64,000 nt of DNA from a virus: positions 6,450 through 70,449 of IMG/VR virus record IMGVR_UViG_3300010334_000001; one strand, given 5' to 3'. Made by a program: the position numbers and the translations under genes. The notes under the pieces were generated by a model. The model saw only the letters and a program-made list of their open reading frames with translations, had not been told where the DNA came from and did not search any database. This document shows positions 39,004-49,159 of the stretch, in pieces (the stretch's first letter is position 1; each line of letters starts with the position of its first letter).

Positions 39004-39434
39004 GCAATCTTGAGGTGGCGTGCAGGGTGACGACCCAGTCGGGGTGGCTGGATATCAATTCTGGCGTGTACACCCTTGGCCGGGATTCGTTTGCGTCGGA
39101 GGGTACGACGTGGCGTCGCCAGGAGGCCGCTAACCCGTTTGTGGAGGGCTCGTGGACGGTGGCTGCTGTCCGGGAGAACACCGTGGTGAATTTGACGGTG
39201 TTTATTCGGGGTACGGAGGCTACGCCGACGTTTGTGGCGTTGCAGGCGTTGACGGATGCTATTTCTCAGCGCAATTTTGTGATCGAGTTCACGGTCAATG
39301 GGGTTAAGCGCACCTATACGTGCAATATGGGTGAGTTTCAGGTGCAGTTGACGACTGAGTTGCGGTCGTCGTCGATGGCTCAGGTGATTGCTCAGATTCC
39401 TCGTAATCCGTCGTTCACGGAGGAGGTGGTCTGA
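39000..39434 (+). CDS. minor tail protein (distal-tail-like)
   Basis: Immediately after the tape measure gene with ATGA overlap. Confidence 0.6.
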   Translation: MSNLEVACRVTTQSGWLDINSGVYTLGRDSFASEGTTWRRQEAANPFVEGSWTVAAVRENTVVNLTVFIRGTEATPTFVALQALTDAISQRNFVIEFTVNGVKRTYTCNMGEFQVQLTTELRSSSMAQVIAQIPRNPSFTEEVV

Positions 39435-39435
39435 C

Positions 39436-39846
39436 ATGGGTGCGTTGTCGACGTGGGGTCGGTCCACGCTAGTGAATGCCTTGTTTAGGCCTGATGCCGC
39501 TCCCGTGCTGGGGACGCTGTGGATTGCTTTGACATCGACTGTTCCAACTTCTACGGACACGGGCGCGTCGTTGTCGGAGCCTTCTGCTTCAAGTTATGAA
39601 CGTACCGCTTTTGGTACTGGTTCGTACTGGTGGTCTCTCACCGGGCCGGGTCAGTTAGTTAATTCAAAGAACGTGGACTGGAGAATTCCAAATGACGACT
39701 GGGGTCAGGTGACCGGATGGGCATTGTGTACGGAGTCGATGTCAGGGATGGTGGTGGCGTACGGCCCTCTTCTGCGAACTATGACGGTAACGGCGGGTAT
39801 GCGCTTGCGGATGCCACCGGGGTCTATTCGCCTCAGCTGCCTGTAA
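39436..39846 (+). CDS. minor tail protein
   Basis: LWIALT..P......EPS..SYER...DWG.VTGWALC....G. Confidence 0.65.
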   Translation: MGALSTWGRSTLVNALFRPDAAPVLGTLWIALTSTVPTSTDTGASLSEPSASSYERTAFGTGSYWWSLTGPGQLVNSKNVDWRIPNDDWGQVTGWALCTESMSGMVVAYGPLLRTMTVTAGMRLRMPPGSIRLSCL

Positions 39847-41063
39847 CTCGGACGGAAGCGTTTGAGGGGATCGTCAATACCCAGTTGCCGTTGTTGGTGG
39901 GGGATTCGGCGGGTCAGTTGCCTCCGTCTGCCCAGGTGCCTGTGGTGACGTTGACGTTGTTGACGGTTGAGGAGCTGATCAACAATCTGACGATTGATTT
40001 GGCGTTCCTTGCCCCTGACGGGGTGGATGCGATTGTGTCGATGGACGCGGCGTTGACCGTGGAGCCGTCTGTCACTCCCGACGATCGTGTCATTCCGCTG
40101 GAAACTCTTGGGTTCACTATCCCGGACTGGTATGCGGTGTCGGGGATGCCTCGGGCAGTGTCTGGGTTAGTGGTGCGTTCGGAAGCAACAGCGACAGTGG
40201 ATGCGTTGCGTCCTTTGGAGACGTATCCAGATCCTAAAGACGTGCTAATTCCGGCATCGTTGAGGTGGATCCCCACTGATCCCACTCTTAACCCGTTGAA
40301 CACGGAGTGGGTGCCGTATTCAAAGGTGACCCCAGAATACGGGTTGACGGTGTGGCAGTTGTCCGAGAAAACCGTGACGCAAGCACAGCAGTACACCGTT
40401 GACGAACTGGCCTTTGGCGAATTCATTGTGCTTCCTAACACACGTAACTACGTGTACTCAGAACCAGGAGTCAACCCGTCTTTCCTCGGCGAATACACGT
40501 ACTGGCGCGGTGGGGACTACGTCAGGTCCCCCGCGTTGGCTTTCCGACGAGGCGACCACATGTGGTGCGATGCCATCAACTGGAACGCTGAACAATTGAC
40601 CGTCATCGCCGTAGCAGTTCTACACCGGCCCTCCACAGGCTGGTATGGGGTACTAGAAACTCAAGGCACTGACGCAACCGGCCTTGACCCGTTCTTCGGC
40701 CTTCGCTACGAAGCAGGAGGCTCCCTTGTGCTGTGGGCTGATTCAGCCCTCCTGCGCATCCCGCTAGATACCGGCGAATCCCGACCCTCCCAACCAGTCG
40801 TCATCGGATTCAGCATCGACATGGCCGCAAACACATGCTCCCTGCTCAGCGTCGACCAAGTCGTCAAAGTGCAAACCACAGCTCTGCCCCACCGATACGA
40901 CAACCGTTCACGACTGTGGCTGGGCCGTTCACCCAAGGGCGAAAAAGCAACAGCCAACCTAGACCTGCTCGAATTCGGCGTCTTTGACTACAAAATGGTC
41001 ACAGGAGAGCTGCAGTACATGCTGGGCCTGTACGACCGGATGTACGGGGTGAGTTCCTCATGA
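39717..41063 (+). CDS. minor tail protein with a probable C-terminal LamG/ConA-like domain (start uncertain)
   Basis: Tail-tip position; beta-rich C-terminus ending LWLGR...LDLLEFGVFD..M...ELQYM.G.Y. Confidence 0.55.
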   Translation: MGIVYGVDVRDGGGVRPSSANYDGNGGYALADATGVYSPQLPVTRTEAFEGIVNTQLPLLVGDSAGQLPPSAQVPVVTLTLLTVEELINNLTIDLAFLAPDGVDAIVSMDAALTVEPSVTPDDRVIPLETLGFTIPDWYAVSGMPRAVSGLVVRSEATATVDALRPLETYPDPKDVLIPASLRWIPTDPTLNPLNTEWVPYSKVTPEYGLTVWQLSEKTVTQAQQYTVDELAFGEFIVLPNTRNYVYSEPGVNPSFLGEYTYWRGGDYVRSPALAFRRGDHMWCDAINWNAEQLTVIAVAVLHRPSTGWYGVLETQGTDATGLDPFFGLRYEAGGSLVLWADSALLRIPLDTGESRPSQPVVIGFSIDMAANTCSLLSVDQVVKVQTTALPHRYDNRSRLWLGRSPKGEKATANLDLLEFGVFDYKMVTGELQYMLGLYDRMYGVSSS

Positions 41064-43237
41064 CATTCCCTGTGCCCCGCATGATCGACGTCGACACGAC
41101 ACTCGGCTATTGGAGAGTGTGGTTCTACCCCAACGGCGCCGGCGGCGAAGTCAAAGACGTCACCTTCTACCGAGACACACCCACATTGGTGTCCTCCCTG
41201 TCCACATCCGACCCATTCGGCCCATCCACGGCATCAATAGAGTTCCCCGCCATCACCCTGCTAGACCAGATCGGCGCCCAAGACCTGTGGTGGCTACGCC
41301 CAGAAACAGATATCGACATCGTCTGGCTGGACTACGACAATGAACAAGTCCTCTACCGGTGGAGCGGATACGCAGAATCCTTCGAATTCGCCTCCACAGA
41401 CGTCGGGGGAGGCCTCACCGTCACCTGCCGAGGAGCCCTCTTCCAAGCCGACTCCTGGCTAGCCAAACCAGAATACGTCTACCAACCATTCCCCTACGAA
41501 ACAGCCATCGCACGCCAATTCGCCGGACACCCCGACTCACGGCTAGGCACCCTCAGCGTCCAATGGCCCACATGGTGGACCAAACGATTCGCCATCGAGG
41601 ACTACACCAACAAACCCAACTACCTACGCCCCGTAGGACTCCAAGACGGACAAGCATGGAGCGGATACGTCACAAGATCCACAGGATCCTTCGACCCAGC
41701 CCTCACCAGCTACATCCAAGGCCTCCTGAGCAACATGCACACCGAATATGGGCAATTCACCGTAATGCTTGACGACGGGCGTAAGCCCGTTCTGCGGCAC
41801 CGCGATCACATCGCGGCACCAGATGCGTCTACGTTCATCGTGAACGTGCTTCAACCGGGCGTAAAGGTCGACGCAACCATTGACTATTCCCAGCGTCTCA
41901 ACGTCGTCTACGGGCAGGGAAAAGCCCTCAACGGGGCAACGTTTTCTGGAATGCGCGTGTCGGCAGATGGTCTGCGCATCACTCACGAACCGTTCGCTTA
42001 CCGGAACGCTGTGCATCCTCTGGAATTGAATGACTGGTATGACCGCAAGGTCATGCGCCGGGAAGTGAACCTGTCCTTTCATGAGGGTGTGTCGGAGGCT
42101 GAGGCGCGCCAGATTGCTAAGTCTCACTTGCAGAGGTTTGCTGATCCTGGCGTGACGGGGTCGATTACGTTGACTACGGACCCGTGGCAAAACCATTACG
42201 TGGTGTCTCGGCATTTGGTGACTGCCGGTGCCAGCATTCAGGTGCAGGGTTTGTTTGGGATGCCTGAAGGTGTGTTGTTTCATGTCACGCAAGCCACGAC
42301 TGGTCCGACGGAAACTACGTTGACAATTGATTCAAAGTACCGGGATCAGTTGACGGTTCAGGAAGTTCGGGCTCGTACGAGGGATTCTCTTGCCCCGGTG
42401 CGTCTTTTGACGGTGGGTCAGTACAAGCCAAACATTCCCGACATGCTGTTTCCGTGGTCGTATGCGGATGGGTCGGGGTTTGTGCCCAAGTCCAGCGTGC
42501 CGTTGTTTCAGGGTGCTCCTGACAATTTGGCGTTTCCGTGGCAGGACTGGACGCGTCAACGACCGCCACGTGATCCTCAGTGGCGTAACTGCTACATCCG
42601 TATCGGACCGGCAAGTGAAAACGCGGACGATAACTGGGCGAACATGCAGGGCACCCGTACTGATTTCAAACCATTCCCGGTGCGTATGGCGCAAGCCGGT
42701 GAAGCGTCCCTGCTTCAAGTAGCAGCGTTTGACCAGAACGGGTCAATTTTGAAGATCCCGTTCCATGTGTCCATTTACCGTACGAATGGTGTGTCGTACT
42801 CGAGCATGCCCATGATGGGTATTGATGACCAAGCAGATAACCCGCCGTATTTGGCTGGGCAGCATTACCCGTTCTTTAAGCGTGCGTGGGAGCAGTTTGA
42901 CGAGAATGGTGTGGCGCTGAATCCTGAGACGGGCCGAGCCGTGACGACTGCCCAGTTGATTGTGGGTTATGGCAACTGGTACGAGAAGGCTGGCTTTTGG
43001 CCGTCAACGAGCGCTAATTCAACAGCCATTGCAACGGGGTTGCTCGTGGATGAAGCAGGGTTTTCGTGGGATTTGACGGATGCCGTGTATGGGGTGGATC
43101 CGCAAAGGAGCGCGGATGAGAATTTGCGTGACCCGAATCGTGCTGATTTGCAGGTCATGGTTTATGCGGATGCGCAGTTGGAACAGGAAGTGTTTTTCCT
43201 TGGGCGGATTTACCGCAAGGAACCAGGTACGGCGTAG
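41060..43237 (+). CDS. minor tail / tail-tip hub protein
   Basis: DPFGPSTASIEFP, LTVTCRGAL, TGSITLT.DP; 725 aa. Confidence 0.65.
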   Translation: MTFPVPRMIDVDTTLGYWRVWFYPNGAGGEVKDVTFYRDTPTLVSSLSTSDPFGPSTASIEFPAITLLDQIGAQDLWWLRPETDIDIVWLDYDNEQVLYRWSGYAESFEFASTDVGGGLTVTCRGALFQADSWLAKPEYVYQPFPYETAIARQFAGHPDSRLGTLSVQWPTWWTKRFAIEDYTNKPNYLRPVGLQDGQAWSGYVTRSTGSFDPALTSYIQGLLSNMHTEYGQFTVMLDDGRKPVLRHRDHIAAPDASTFIVNVLQPGVKVDATIDYSQRLNVVYGQGKALNGATFSGMRVSADGLRITHEPFAYRNAVHPLELNDWYDRKVMRREVNLSFHEGVSEAEARQIAKSHLQRFADPGVTGSITLTTDPWQNHYVVSRHLVTAGASIQVQGLFGMPEGVLFHVTQATTGPTETTLTIDSKYRDQLTVQEVRARTRDSLAPVRLLTVGQYKPNIPDMLFPWSYADGSGFVPKSSVPLFQGAPDNLAFPWQDWTRQRPPRDPQWRNCYIRIGPASENADDNWANMQGTRTDFKPFPVRMAQAGEASLLQVAAFDQNGSILKIPFHVSIYRTNGVSYSSMPMMGIDDQADNPPYLAGQHYPFFKRAWEQFDENGVALNPETGRAVTTAQLIVGYGNWYEKAGFWPSTSANSTAIATGLLVDEAGFSWDLTDAVYGVDPQRSADENLRDPNRADLQVMVYADAQLEQEVFFLGRIYRKEPGTA

Positions 43238-43246
43238 GAGGATGAC

Positions 43247-43612
43247 GTGAGTTCGAAAATTTATGACGCGTTGGCTGCCCAGTGGGCTCAAGTGCTGCTG
43301 GCTGATAACACATATGCGTCGTTGCATTATGAGGTGCCGTCACAAACGGAGCCGGGTGATTCTGAGGTGTCGGGGCCTTCGTATTCGCGGGCTATTTTGT
43401 CGTGGGACGATTCGACCAGTCCGCGGTTGTTGAGCAATGTGCAGCAGTTGGTGTGGCAGAACTTGGATGCCGTGACCATTGTTGGGGTGGGTGTGTGGAG
43501 TCAGCCTACGTCGGGGGACTTATGGGTTTTTGCGCAGCTTGATGCCCCGGTGGTGGTGGCGGAGCGGGGTTCGTATTCGTTGGATGTTGGTTCACTGTGG
43601 GTGTCGATTTAG
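43247..43612 (+). CDS. minor tail protein, similar to the 39436 gene
   Basis: YASLH..P.....SEVSGPSYSR...TIVGVGVW..PTSG; GGAGGA RBS. Confidence 0.65.
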   Translation: MSSKIYDALAAQWAQVLLADNTYASLHYEVPSQTEPGDSEVSGPSYSRAILSWDDSTSPRLLSNVQQLVWQNLDAVTIVGVGVWSQPTSGDLWVFAQLDAPVVVAERGSYSLDVGSLWVSI

Positions 43613-43625
43613 TGCCGTAAAACGC

Positions 43626-43671
43626 AAAAAATTCCCGTAGTGGGGCCACCCGAAGGTGACCCCACTGGGAA
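43626..43671 (-). terminator. intrinsic terminator at the convergence of the two genome arms
   Basis: Minus strand reads TTCCCAGTGGGGTCACC-TTCG-GGTGGCCCCACTACGGGAA-TTTTTT. Confidence 0.75.
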
Positions 43672-43775
43672 TGTCGTGTTGGGCGCAGGTGCGCCTACCG
43701 GTCAGGAGACATATCGTTTCCGGGTCATGAGCGTCCTTGGGCTGTGCGTGATGCCGTTGACGCTCAACACGACGG

Positions 43776-44828
43776 TTAATGGGCCGACGTAGCGGCTTCC
43801 TCATAGAGGAGTTTTCTTGGGATGGAATTGAGAAATTGATAGTGTTGGCGACTAGCAAAGTCCCTTAATTGCCCCTTTTTCGACACGTTGTTAATAGCGT
43901 GTTGAACCCAAAACGGGGAGAACGAATAGCCCATATCCGTGGATGGCTCGTCTTGCTCAATGGCATGTTGACTGCACAACTTCCATCCTTGTTGCCACCG
44001 TTCGCGCGCGTATGCGTACGTTTCCTCCCATAAAGAGCGGTGTTCCTCAATGCCATCGTCAAACGGTTTTGTTTCGTGATCTGTCCACATTTGCGATGCC
44101 ATGTCTTGAATCCCGCACACGCACGAGTATCTGGCTTGAGTTTCGTTCCAGTCCATAGCCAGTTCGTCTACTTCATCCTCTGTTTCAAGTCCGAAGCACT
44201 CAGGATGGTGTGATTCGTAGGACGTTGATCCTTCGATCAGGCTGGCGTAGCGATTGAGCCACGGAAGTTCGTGATTCCAGTAGTTTTTAATTTCTTTGGA
44301 CCACGTTCTCCAGTATTGGCCGTCAATGGGTGTGACGGACCACGCAGGAACGAGAAGAGATTCAGTCCAAATAGGCAGACCGTGTTCGTCTTGTCTGTTC
44401 AAATCTCCTGGTACTCCCTGATTTGCAGGAGTTACTGGGTCTTCTTGATCCGCGTAAATTGAACGGGTGACCAATAGGAGGGGCATGGTCATTTGCTCAA
44501 CTCGATACTGCTCGGGCGTGATATTTTCGTCAAAAGCGATTTCGACATCTGGCCGGGGTTCTTCACTGTTATCTAACGGTGATTCCCACGTGACGAAAGC
44601 CGGGGCCACATACGGATCTCCTTCAGTTGCTTCGAAGAGCGGGTGAATTTGTCCGCAGTCCATGTCGCAGCCAGCGTTGCCCATAACCCACGGAATAATT
44701 CCGTAACCTTTTGTGCCGGGCTTGATCATGGTTGCTGATGATCCGTCGTCTGATGGCGCGACGTACTTGCGCCAGGTGCTGAGCAGGGACCGGGAGTATG
44801 TGCTCCCGGTCCCCTTGCCTGCAGTCAC
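43776..44828 (-). CDS. hypothetical acidic protein with Cys/His clusters
   Basis: 350-aa ORF; CDMDCGQIH, HHPEC, CVCG, CSQH. Confidence 0.6.
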   Translation of the reverse strand: MTAGKGTGSTYSRSLLSTWRKYVAPSDDGSSATMIKPGTKGYGIIPWVMGNAGCDMDCGQIHPLFEATEGDPYVAPAFVTWESPLDNSEEPRPDVEIAFDENITPEQYRVEQMTMPLLLVTRSIYADQEDPVTPANQGVPGDLNRQDEHGLPIWTESLLVPAWSVTPIDGQYWRTWSKEIKNYWNHELPWLNRYASLIEGSTSYESHHPECFGLETEDEVDELAMDWNETQARYSCVCGIQDMASQMWTDHETKPFDDGIEEHRSLWEETYAYARERWQQGWKLCSQHAIEQDEPSTDMGYSFSPFWVQHAINNVSKKGQLRDFASRQHYQFLNSIPRKLLYEEAATSAH

Positions 44829-45853
44829 GAAGCCCGCCGGCGGTTGTTGCGGTTACGGCTGCGCTGGCGCGGCTGGTTGCTGGTGGGGCGACGCAGCTCA
44901 CGCACGATTGAGTCAGCCTCAGCAGTCATGGCCGCAGCAACAATGGTTTCTTCGGGATCAGTGACGATCTCGATGATCTCTTCAGCCGTGTCCGTTGACT
45001 GGTGGTCGGTCTTGGGATCGTGCTGGGCGGCATCAGCAAGTGCCTCTTCGGTTTCCTCAATGAGGGTTTTGGCTGCCTTACGGAAGCCGAACTCACTCAA
45101 GATCTCTTCCTTGAAGGACGGTACCGGGGTCTTTCCTTCGTACACGGCCGTCATTTCTACGGGACGCATAATCCAGCCCCACAAAGTGGACAGCGCGATG
45201 ACGGTGCGAATGGTCAGCCACACGGCACGTCCACCAAGGGACACTGCTGCAAGGTAGGGGCCCACGACGGGGATGCGTGCCAGCAGCATTGCGGAGCGTC
45301 CTCGCGTGATGAACTGCAGGAGCATCAGCCAGCCGATGCTGGTGCTTACTCGCGTGACGGCGCGCGTCACGGTCGGGCTGACCAGAGTGGAGTAGGTAAG
45401 GTTGATAGCGTGGACTGTCAGGCTTTCGAACTGGACAGCGCCAGTAGCGATGAGGTCTGTTGCTGACCACGTAAGCGACTGGATGAACTTCCCGCCTGCG
45501 GGGAACAGGTAGCCCACCAGTTTGGCTGCCACGTGTCCGACGGTGCCTACTGCCTTGCTGACTGCATGAACAGTCAACGCGGCAATACCCACGGTGCACT
45601 TGGCTGCGACGGCAGTGGCCTTGACCATGCCGTGGTAGATCGCAGGGCTGGAAAACGCCGTGGCGAGGAGGCCACCTGCGTGACCGGGGTGCTTGCGGGC
45701 TGCACCTGCTGCTGCCTTACCGGCAATGGTTGCCTTGGTGCGAGCAATGCGGGTTGCCTTGATGGCCTGAGCCATGTGCAACTTGTTCTTCGCTAACTGT
45801 ATCTCTCTTCCGAACAAGGCGGTTACCTGCCCAATTGTGCCTGTAGCACTCAT
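44825..45853 (-). CDS. membrane-associated hypothetical protein
   Basis: AAGGAG RBS before ATG 45853; hydrophobic core with an acidic then Arg-rich tail. Confidence 0.6.
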   Translation of the reverse strand: MSATGTIGQVTALFGREIQLAKNKLHMAQAIKATRIARTKATIAGKAAAGAARKHPGHAGGLLATAFSSPAIYHGMVKATAVAAKCTVGIAALTVHAVSKAVGTVGHVAAKLVGYLFPAGGKFIQSLTWSATDLIATGAVQFESLTVHAINLTYSTLVSPTVTRAVTRVSTSIGWLMLLQFITRGRSAMLLARIPVVGPYLAAVSLGGRAVWLTIRTVIALSTLWGWIMRPVEMTAVYEGKTPVPSFKEEILSEFGFRKAAKTLIEETEEALADAAQHDPKTDHQSTDTAEEIIEIVTDPEETIVAAAMTAEADSIVRELRRPTSNQPRQRSRNRNNRRRAS

Positions 45854-46010
45854 CGCGCTATCTCCTTGGGTTGAATGGTCGGGGTATTTCCACGCGACCA
45901 AAAAGCCCACCAAGCAGGGAATTGTTGGTGGACTTTTTGCTAGCGTGGTTTGGCGCAGGTCCCCCGGACTACGGGGGCCCGGGGGAGCCTGCGTCCATTC
46001 GGTGATCTAG

Positions 46011-46187
46011 TTACATGGCCCGGTAGCAGTTGGGGCACATGTGGACGTTCATGCCGTTGCTGTGGATGTCCCACGCGTTGTATGCGCCTGTAGCGAATAG
46101 TTGTTTTCGTGTTTCTTGCAGGATGGCGTTTTGCTTGATGAGCCTGTAGCCGAGGTATCCGGAAAGCCCTGCGAAGAAGAACCACAT
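46011..46187 (-). CDS. small membrane-anchored protein with CPNC
   Basis: MWFFFAGLSGYLGY; GAGGAAG RBS. Confidence 0.5.
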   Translation of the reverse strand: MWFFFAGLSGYLGYRLIKQNAILQETRKQLFATGAYNAWDIHSNGMNVHMCPNCYRAM

Positions 46188-46414
46188 CACTTCTTCCTCG
46201 ATTCGGTGATTGCTGCAGTGACCGCTAACGCCAGTCCGCTGATGGCTCTTCCGAGGCGTTCGGGTGCTCCTACGGGGGTTGACCTCATGAGGTCGGAGAA
46301 GGTGCGTTGACTGGATGTCCATGTGGTGTTGTAAGCAACGCCTTTCATAAACAGGCCTGTCATGTCGGTGGCGGTGGTGATCTGGTCACCGGTGGGCAGT
46401 TTGAGCTTTTTCAC
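46187..46414 (-). CDS. hypothetical protein
   Basis: AAGGAGAC RBS; coupled to its neighbours. Confidence 0.5.
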   Translation of the reverse strand: MKKLKLPTGDQITTATDMTGLFMKGVAYNTTWTSSQRTFSDLMRSTPVGAPERLGRAISGLALAVTAAITESRKK

Positions 46415-46584
46415 TGCTGTGTCTCCTTGGTTTGTGAGGCGTCAATGGTGTTGTGGCAGGCGCCGTATCCGTGTCCGGTCCAGCACACGTTGCTAGTGGC
46501 TGTTGTAAAAGCAGCGATGGCGATAAGCCACGCGACAGCAATAACGACTTTTCCTCTGCGAGTGAGTTTGATTTGGTTCTTCAT
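46411..46584 (-). CDS. small membrane protein
   Basis: KLTRRGKVVIAVAWLIAIAAF...CWTGHGYGAC; AGGAGAC RBS. Confidence 0.55.
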   Translation of the reverse strand: MKNQIKLTRRGKVVIAVAWLIAIAAFTTATSNVCWTGHGYGACHNTIDASQTKETQQ

Positions 46585-46646
46585 TCGTTGGTCTCCTAAA
46601 ACAACAAAGCCCCCTAGCTTTTTGCTAGGGGGCAATACGGATGTGT

Positions 46647-47270
46647 TTAAAGGCACAACAGCCAATTTTTGAAACTGTCGTTGCTGAGGCATCGTTCATC
46701 GCGCTTGCTGCGGATCGTGTCTATCGCCTGTTTTGGTTCCATGCCTCTGTTTATGAGCACAAGAGCCGTGACTAAACTTGATCTGTTGATGCCGGCTTGG
46801 CAGCGCATTAAAACGGTGGCTCCGTTATCTAATGCAGCGCAGGCTTCGGTTGCAGCCCGGATTGCTTTGTCTTTCACTGTGGGAGTGCAATACCCGTCGT
46901 GAAATTCAAAGCGCCTGTCAACCAGCGGTTGAATCCAGTTTCCGCTGCTTGCTTTAGGTGCCATTGCGTACATAGTGAAAACGATGTCGAACCGATCAAA
47001 AATTGGCGTGTGATCTTCAGGGGTTCCTGATTGCCACAGACCAGGGATTATTTCGTCCTGTCGAGCAATCAACTGGTCTGTCTCATGCCAAGTCAGTGAT
47101 TCTGGTCGGACATTTGTTAAGACCTTGCCTTGGTGACAACCACGAGAAACGCGGAGTCTGTAGCGGCCTTCATGCCTGTATTCTTTTCGTACATATACGG
47201 CCGTTCCATACAACTCGCGGATGGAACCGTGGTATACAGCTTCGTCAGTTTCTCTGATTGTGAAACTCAT
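46647..47270 (-). CDS. dual-specificity/protein-tyrosine phosphatase
   Basis: EIIPGLWQSG; VLMRCQAGINRSSLV (CX5R P-loop); AIDTIRSKR. Confidence 0.85.
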   Translation of the reverse strand: MSFTIRETDEAVYHGSIRELYGTAVYVRKEYRHEGRYRLRVSRGCHQGKVLTNVRPESLTWHETDQLIARQDEIIPGLWQSGTPEDHTPIFDRFDIVFTMYAMAPKASSGNWIQPLVDRRFEFHDGYCTPTVKDKAIRAATEACAALDNGATVLMRCQAGINRSSLVTALVLINRGMEPKQAIDTIRSKRDERCLSNDSFKNWLLCL

Positions 47271-47671
47271 TCAGTCACCAGCCGAAGGACAGGCGCTGCC
47301 TTGTATGCGAGATGCAGCTGCAGGTCGCGTACTTGTGAGGCGATGAGCCAGTTGTTGACGATGGACTTGGCTATGACCATGAAGTTGGCCCAGCAGACGG
47401 TGCCGGCGATGGGGCCGGGGGAGTTGTGGCAGGTACAGCGTTTGTGCCACGCGGATGCCCGATAGCGGTCAAAGCACCCGAGTTTGTTGTCTTCTTCGAC
47501 GTCGGCGAGGATGTCTTGCCAGGTAAAGGCCCGCGCGCTTGGAGGGGCGTAGTGGTGCGTGCGGAGTGTTTCGCGGGGCGGGATGATGCCGAATGTTTCG
47601 TAGTCGGACAGGTCAAATGGGTCGTAGACGTGGTCCGGTATGTGTGTGCCGGGGAATTGAATGACGGTCAT
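47267..47671 (-). CDS. hypothetical protein
   Basis: AGGAGAC RBS; CTCH...C. Confidence 0.5.
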   Translation of the reverse strand: MTVIQFPGTHIPDHVYDPFDLSDYETFGIIPPRETLRTHHYAPPSARAFTWQDILADVEEDNKLGCFDRYRASAWHKRCTCHNSPGPIAGTVCWANFMVIAKSIVNNWLIASQVRDLQLHLAYKAAPVLRLVTE

Positions 47672-48077
47672 GGTGTCTCCTGTTTTTGGGCATGAAAAAA
47701 AGCCCCTCGGCGGGTGCCGGGGGGCTGTGTTGCGGGGTCTCTTCGCGGGCTCTCTGGCCTGCTACTTTGTGAGGAAATGTGCTGCGGCGCGGGGCATAGT
47801 TCTCCCGTTACCGTATGACTTAATGATACACGCTGAAACTATTTGATGCAACGTGTTACATGAGATTTAGGACCCGGGAGCCAATGACGGGGGAGACATC
47901 AGCCCCCGGGTACCTAAAACCTATCAAAAAGAGTCACAACACCGTTGTATTGGCACGTAATACGGTGTCACGCATCCCTGCGAGCCCTAGAAAGGGTCTC
48001 TAGGCTTGTTTCTTGAAGGCCTGGTCTCCTTCCGCTGGAGGGCGCCACACCCCCTCAGGCGCCCTCCAGTCGCCCCT

Positions 48078-49088
48078 TCACAGCAGTTGTAGGACCCGGC
48101 TAGACAGCCCTGCGGGCGGATCAAACACGTTCCTTGTGGCCACGTTTCTATTTCGATCCACAGAACCAATGGCTCCACGTGAGGGAGCCAGCCACTGCTC
48201 GTACTCACTAACGGCGTTCCACATGCCGTAGGCGGTACCTGACCATTCCCCTACCGTGGGGGACCCGAAATACAGGTCAGCAATCTGCTCACGCTTAGCT
48301 GTGCGCACGGTGATCAGACCCGGCTTGTCCTTCTCCTTATCGAAAGGAAGGAGCTTCTCAATCACTTTGTCTGCCTGCTCAGTGGTCAGCGTCGTGTGCA
48401 TGAGCCGGTCGATTTCCTTGGCAAAAGCATCCTGCCCATCCCACGCCAAGCCGATTGCCTCACGGGCGTCGGTCACTCGAGCGCGCGAATTGGTGGTGTG
48501 CTTGACGCGATAGGACGTTTTCGCGCCTTGCAGACTCCACGTGAGGGTGTTGGCACATACGACGCGGGTGCGGGTGATGTACACGGTCAACGGCATGGTG
48601 CCGTCGTGACTGGAGGCCACGACCATGTACGTGTCGATCTTGTCCCCGGAACCTTCAAACGTGAACTCGTCACCCAGTTTGATGGTCATGAAGAATTGCT
48701 TGCCTGATCGGATGGAGCCGCCGGTCTCCCAGATGGCTTGGTTGTTTTGGTCTGTGATGGCTTCGACCAGTTCGGCCGCTTCATGGGTCTGCATGACCAT
48801 GTAGTTGCTGCCTACTGCTCCTAGGCCGTTGATGCGCCCGTCAGGCCAAATACGGTACGTGCCGTAAGCGCTGGGAATAGAAACCTGAACCGTGGCGTCG
48901 ACGCCATTCCAGTGACGAAAGGACAGTGGGTCGTTGGTCTTGAACACGGTGTAGTTCAGGCCGGCTAGTTCAAGGGCGTCTTGAATTGTTTGTGCTTCAC
49001 TAACGATTGTGCCGAGTTGGTGCCATGCGGTGTCTCGTGCGGCAAAAAATGATGCCTTGCCGTCTATTACTTCGAGCTCGTGTGCCAT
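48078..49088 (-). CDS. DUF932/DUF945 family phage-plasmid protein
   Basis: MAHELE...AWHQLGT...ALELAGLNY, WETGGSIRSG, SSHDG, RVVCANTL, HT, GTAYGMWNAVSEY. Confidence 0.88.
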   Translation of the reverse strand: MAHELEVIDGKASFFAARDTAWHQLGTIVSEAQTIQDALELAGLNYTVFKTNDPLSFRHWNGVDATVQVSIPSAYGTYRIWPDGRINGLGAVGSNYMVMQTHEAAELVEAITDQNNQAIWETGGSIRSGKQFFMTIKLGDEFTFEGSGDKIDTYMVVASSHDGTMPLTVYITRTRVVCANTLTWSLQGAKTSYRVKHTTNSRARVTDAREAIGLAWDGQDAFAKEIDRLMHTTLTTEQADKVIEKLLPFDKEKDKPGLITVRTAKREQIADLYFGSPTVGEWSGTAYGMWNAVSEYEQWLAPSRGAIGSVDRNRNVATRNVFDPPAGLSSRVLQLL

Positions 49089-49159
49089 GCTGTTTCCTGT
49101 CTCTTGTTGTGGGACAGGGGCAGGCCGCGGTTGCACCCGCATTGGCCTGCCCCTCTTTT

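Noticed and set aside
39717-39846. Third frameshift suggested by a 130-nt overlap of two tail ORFs in the -1 frame
   Set aside because: No X XXY YYZ heptamer found in the overlap; a downstream TTG/GTG start after GAGGGG (about 39885) explains it.
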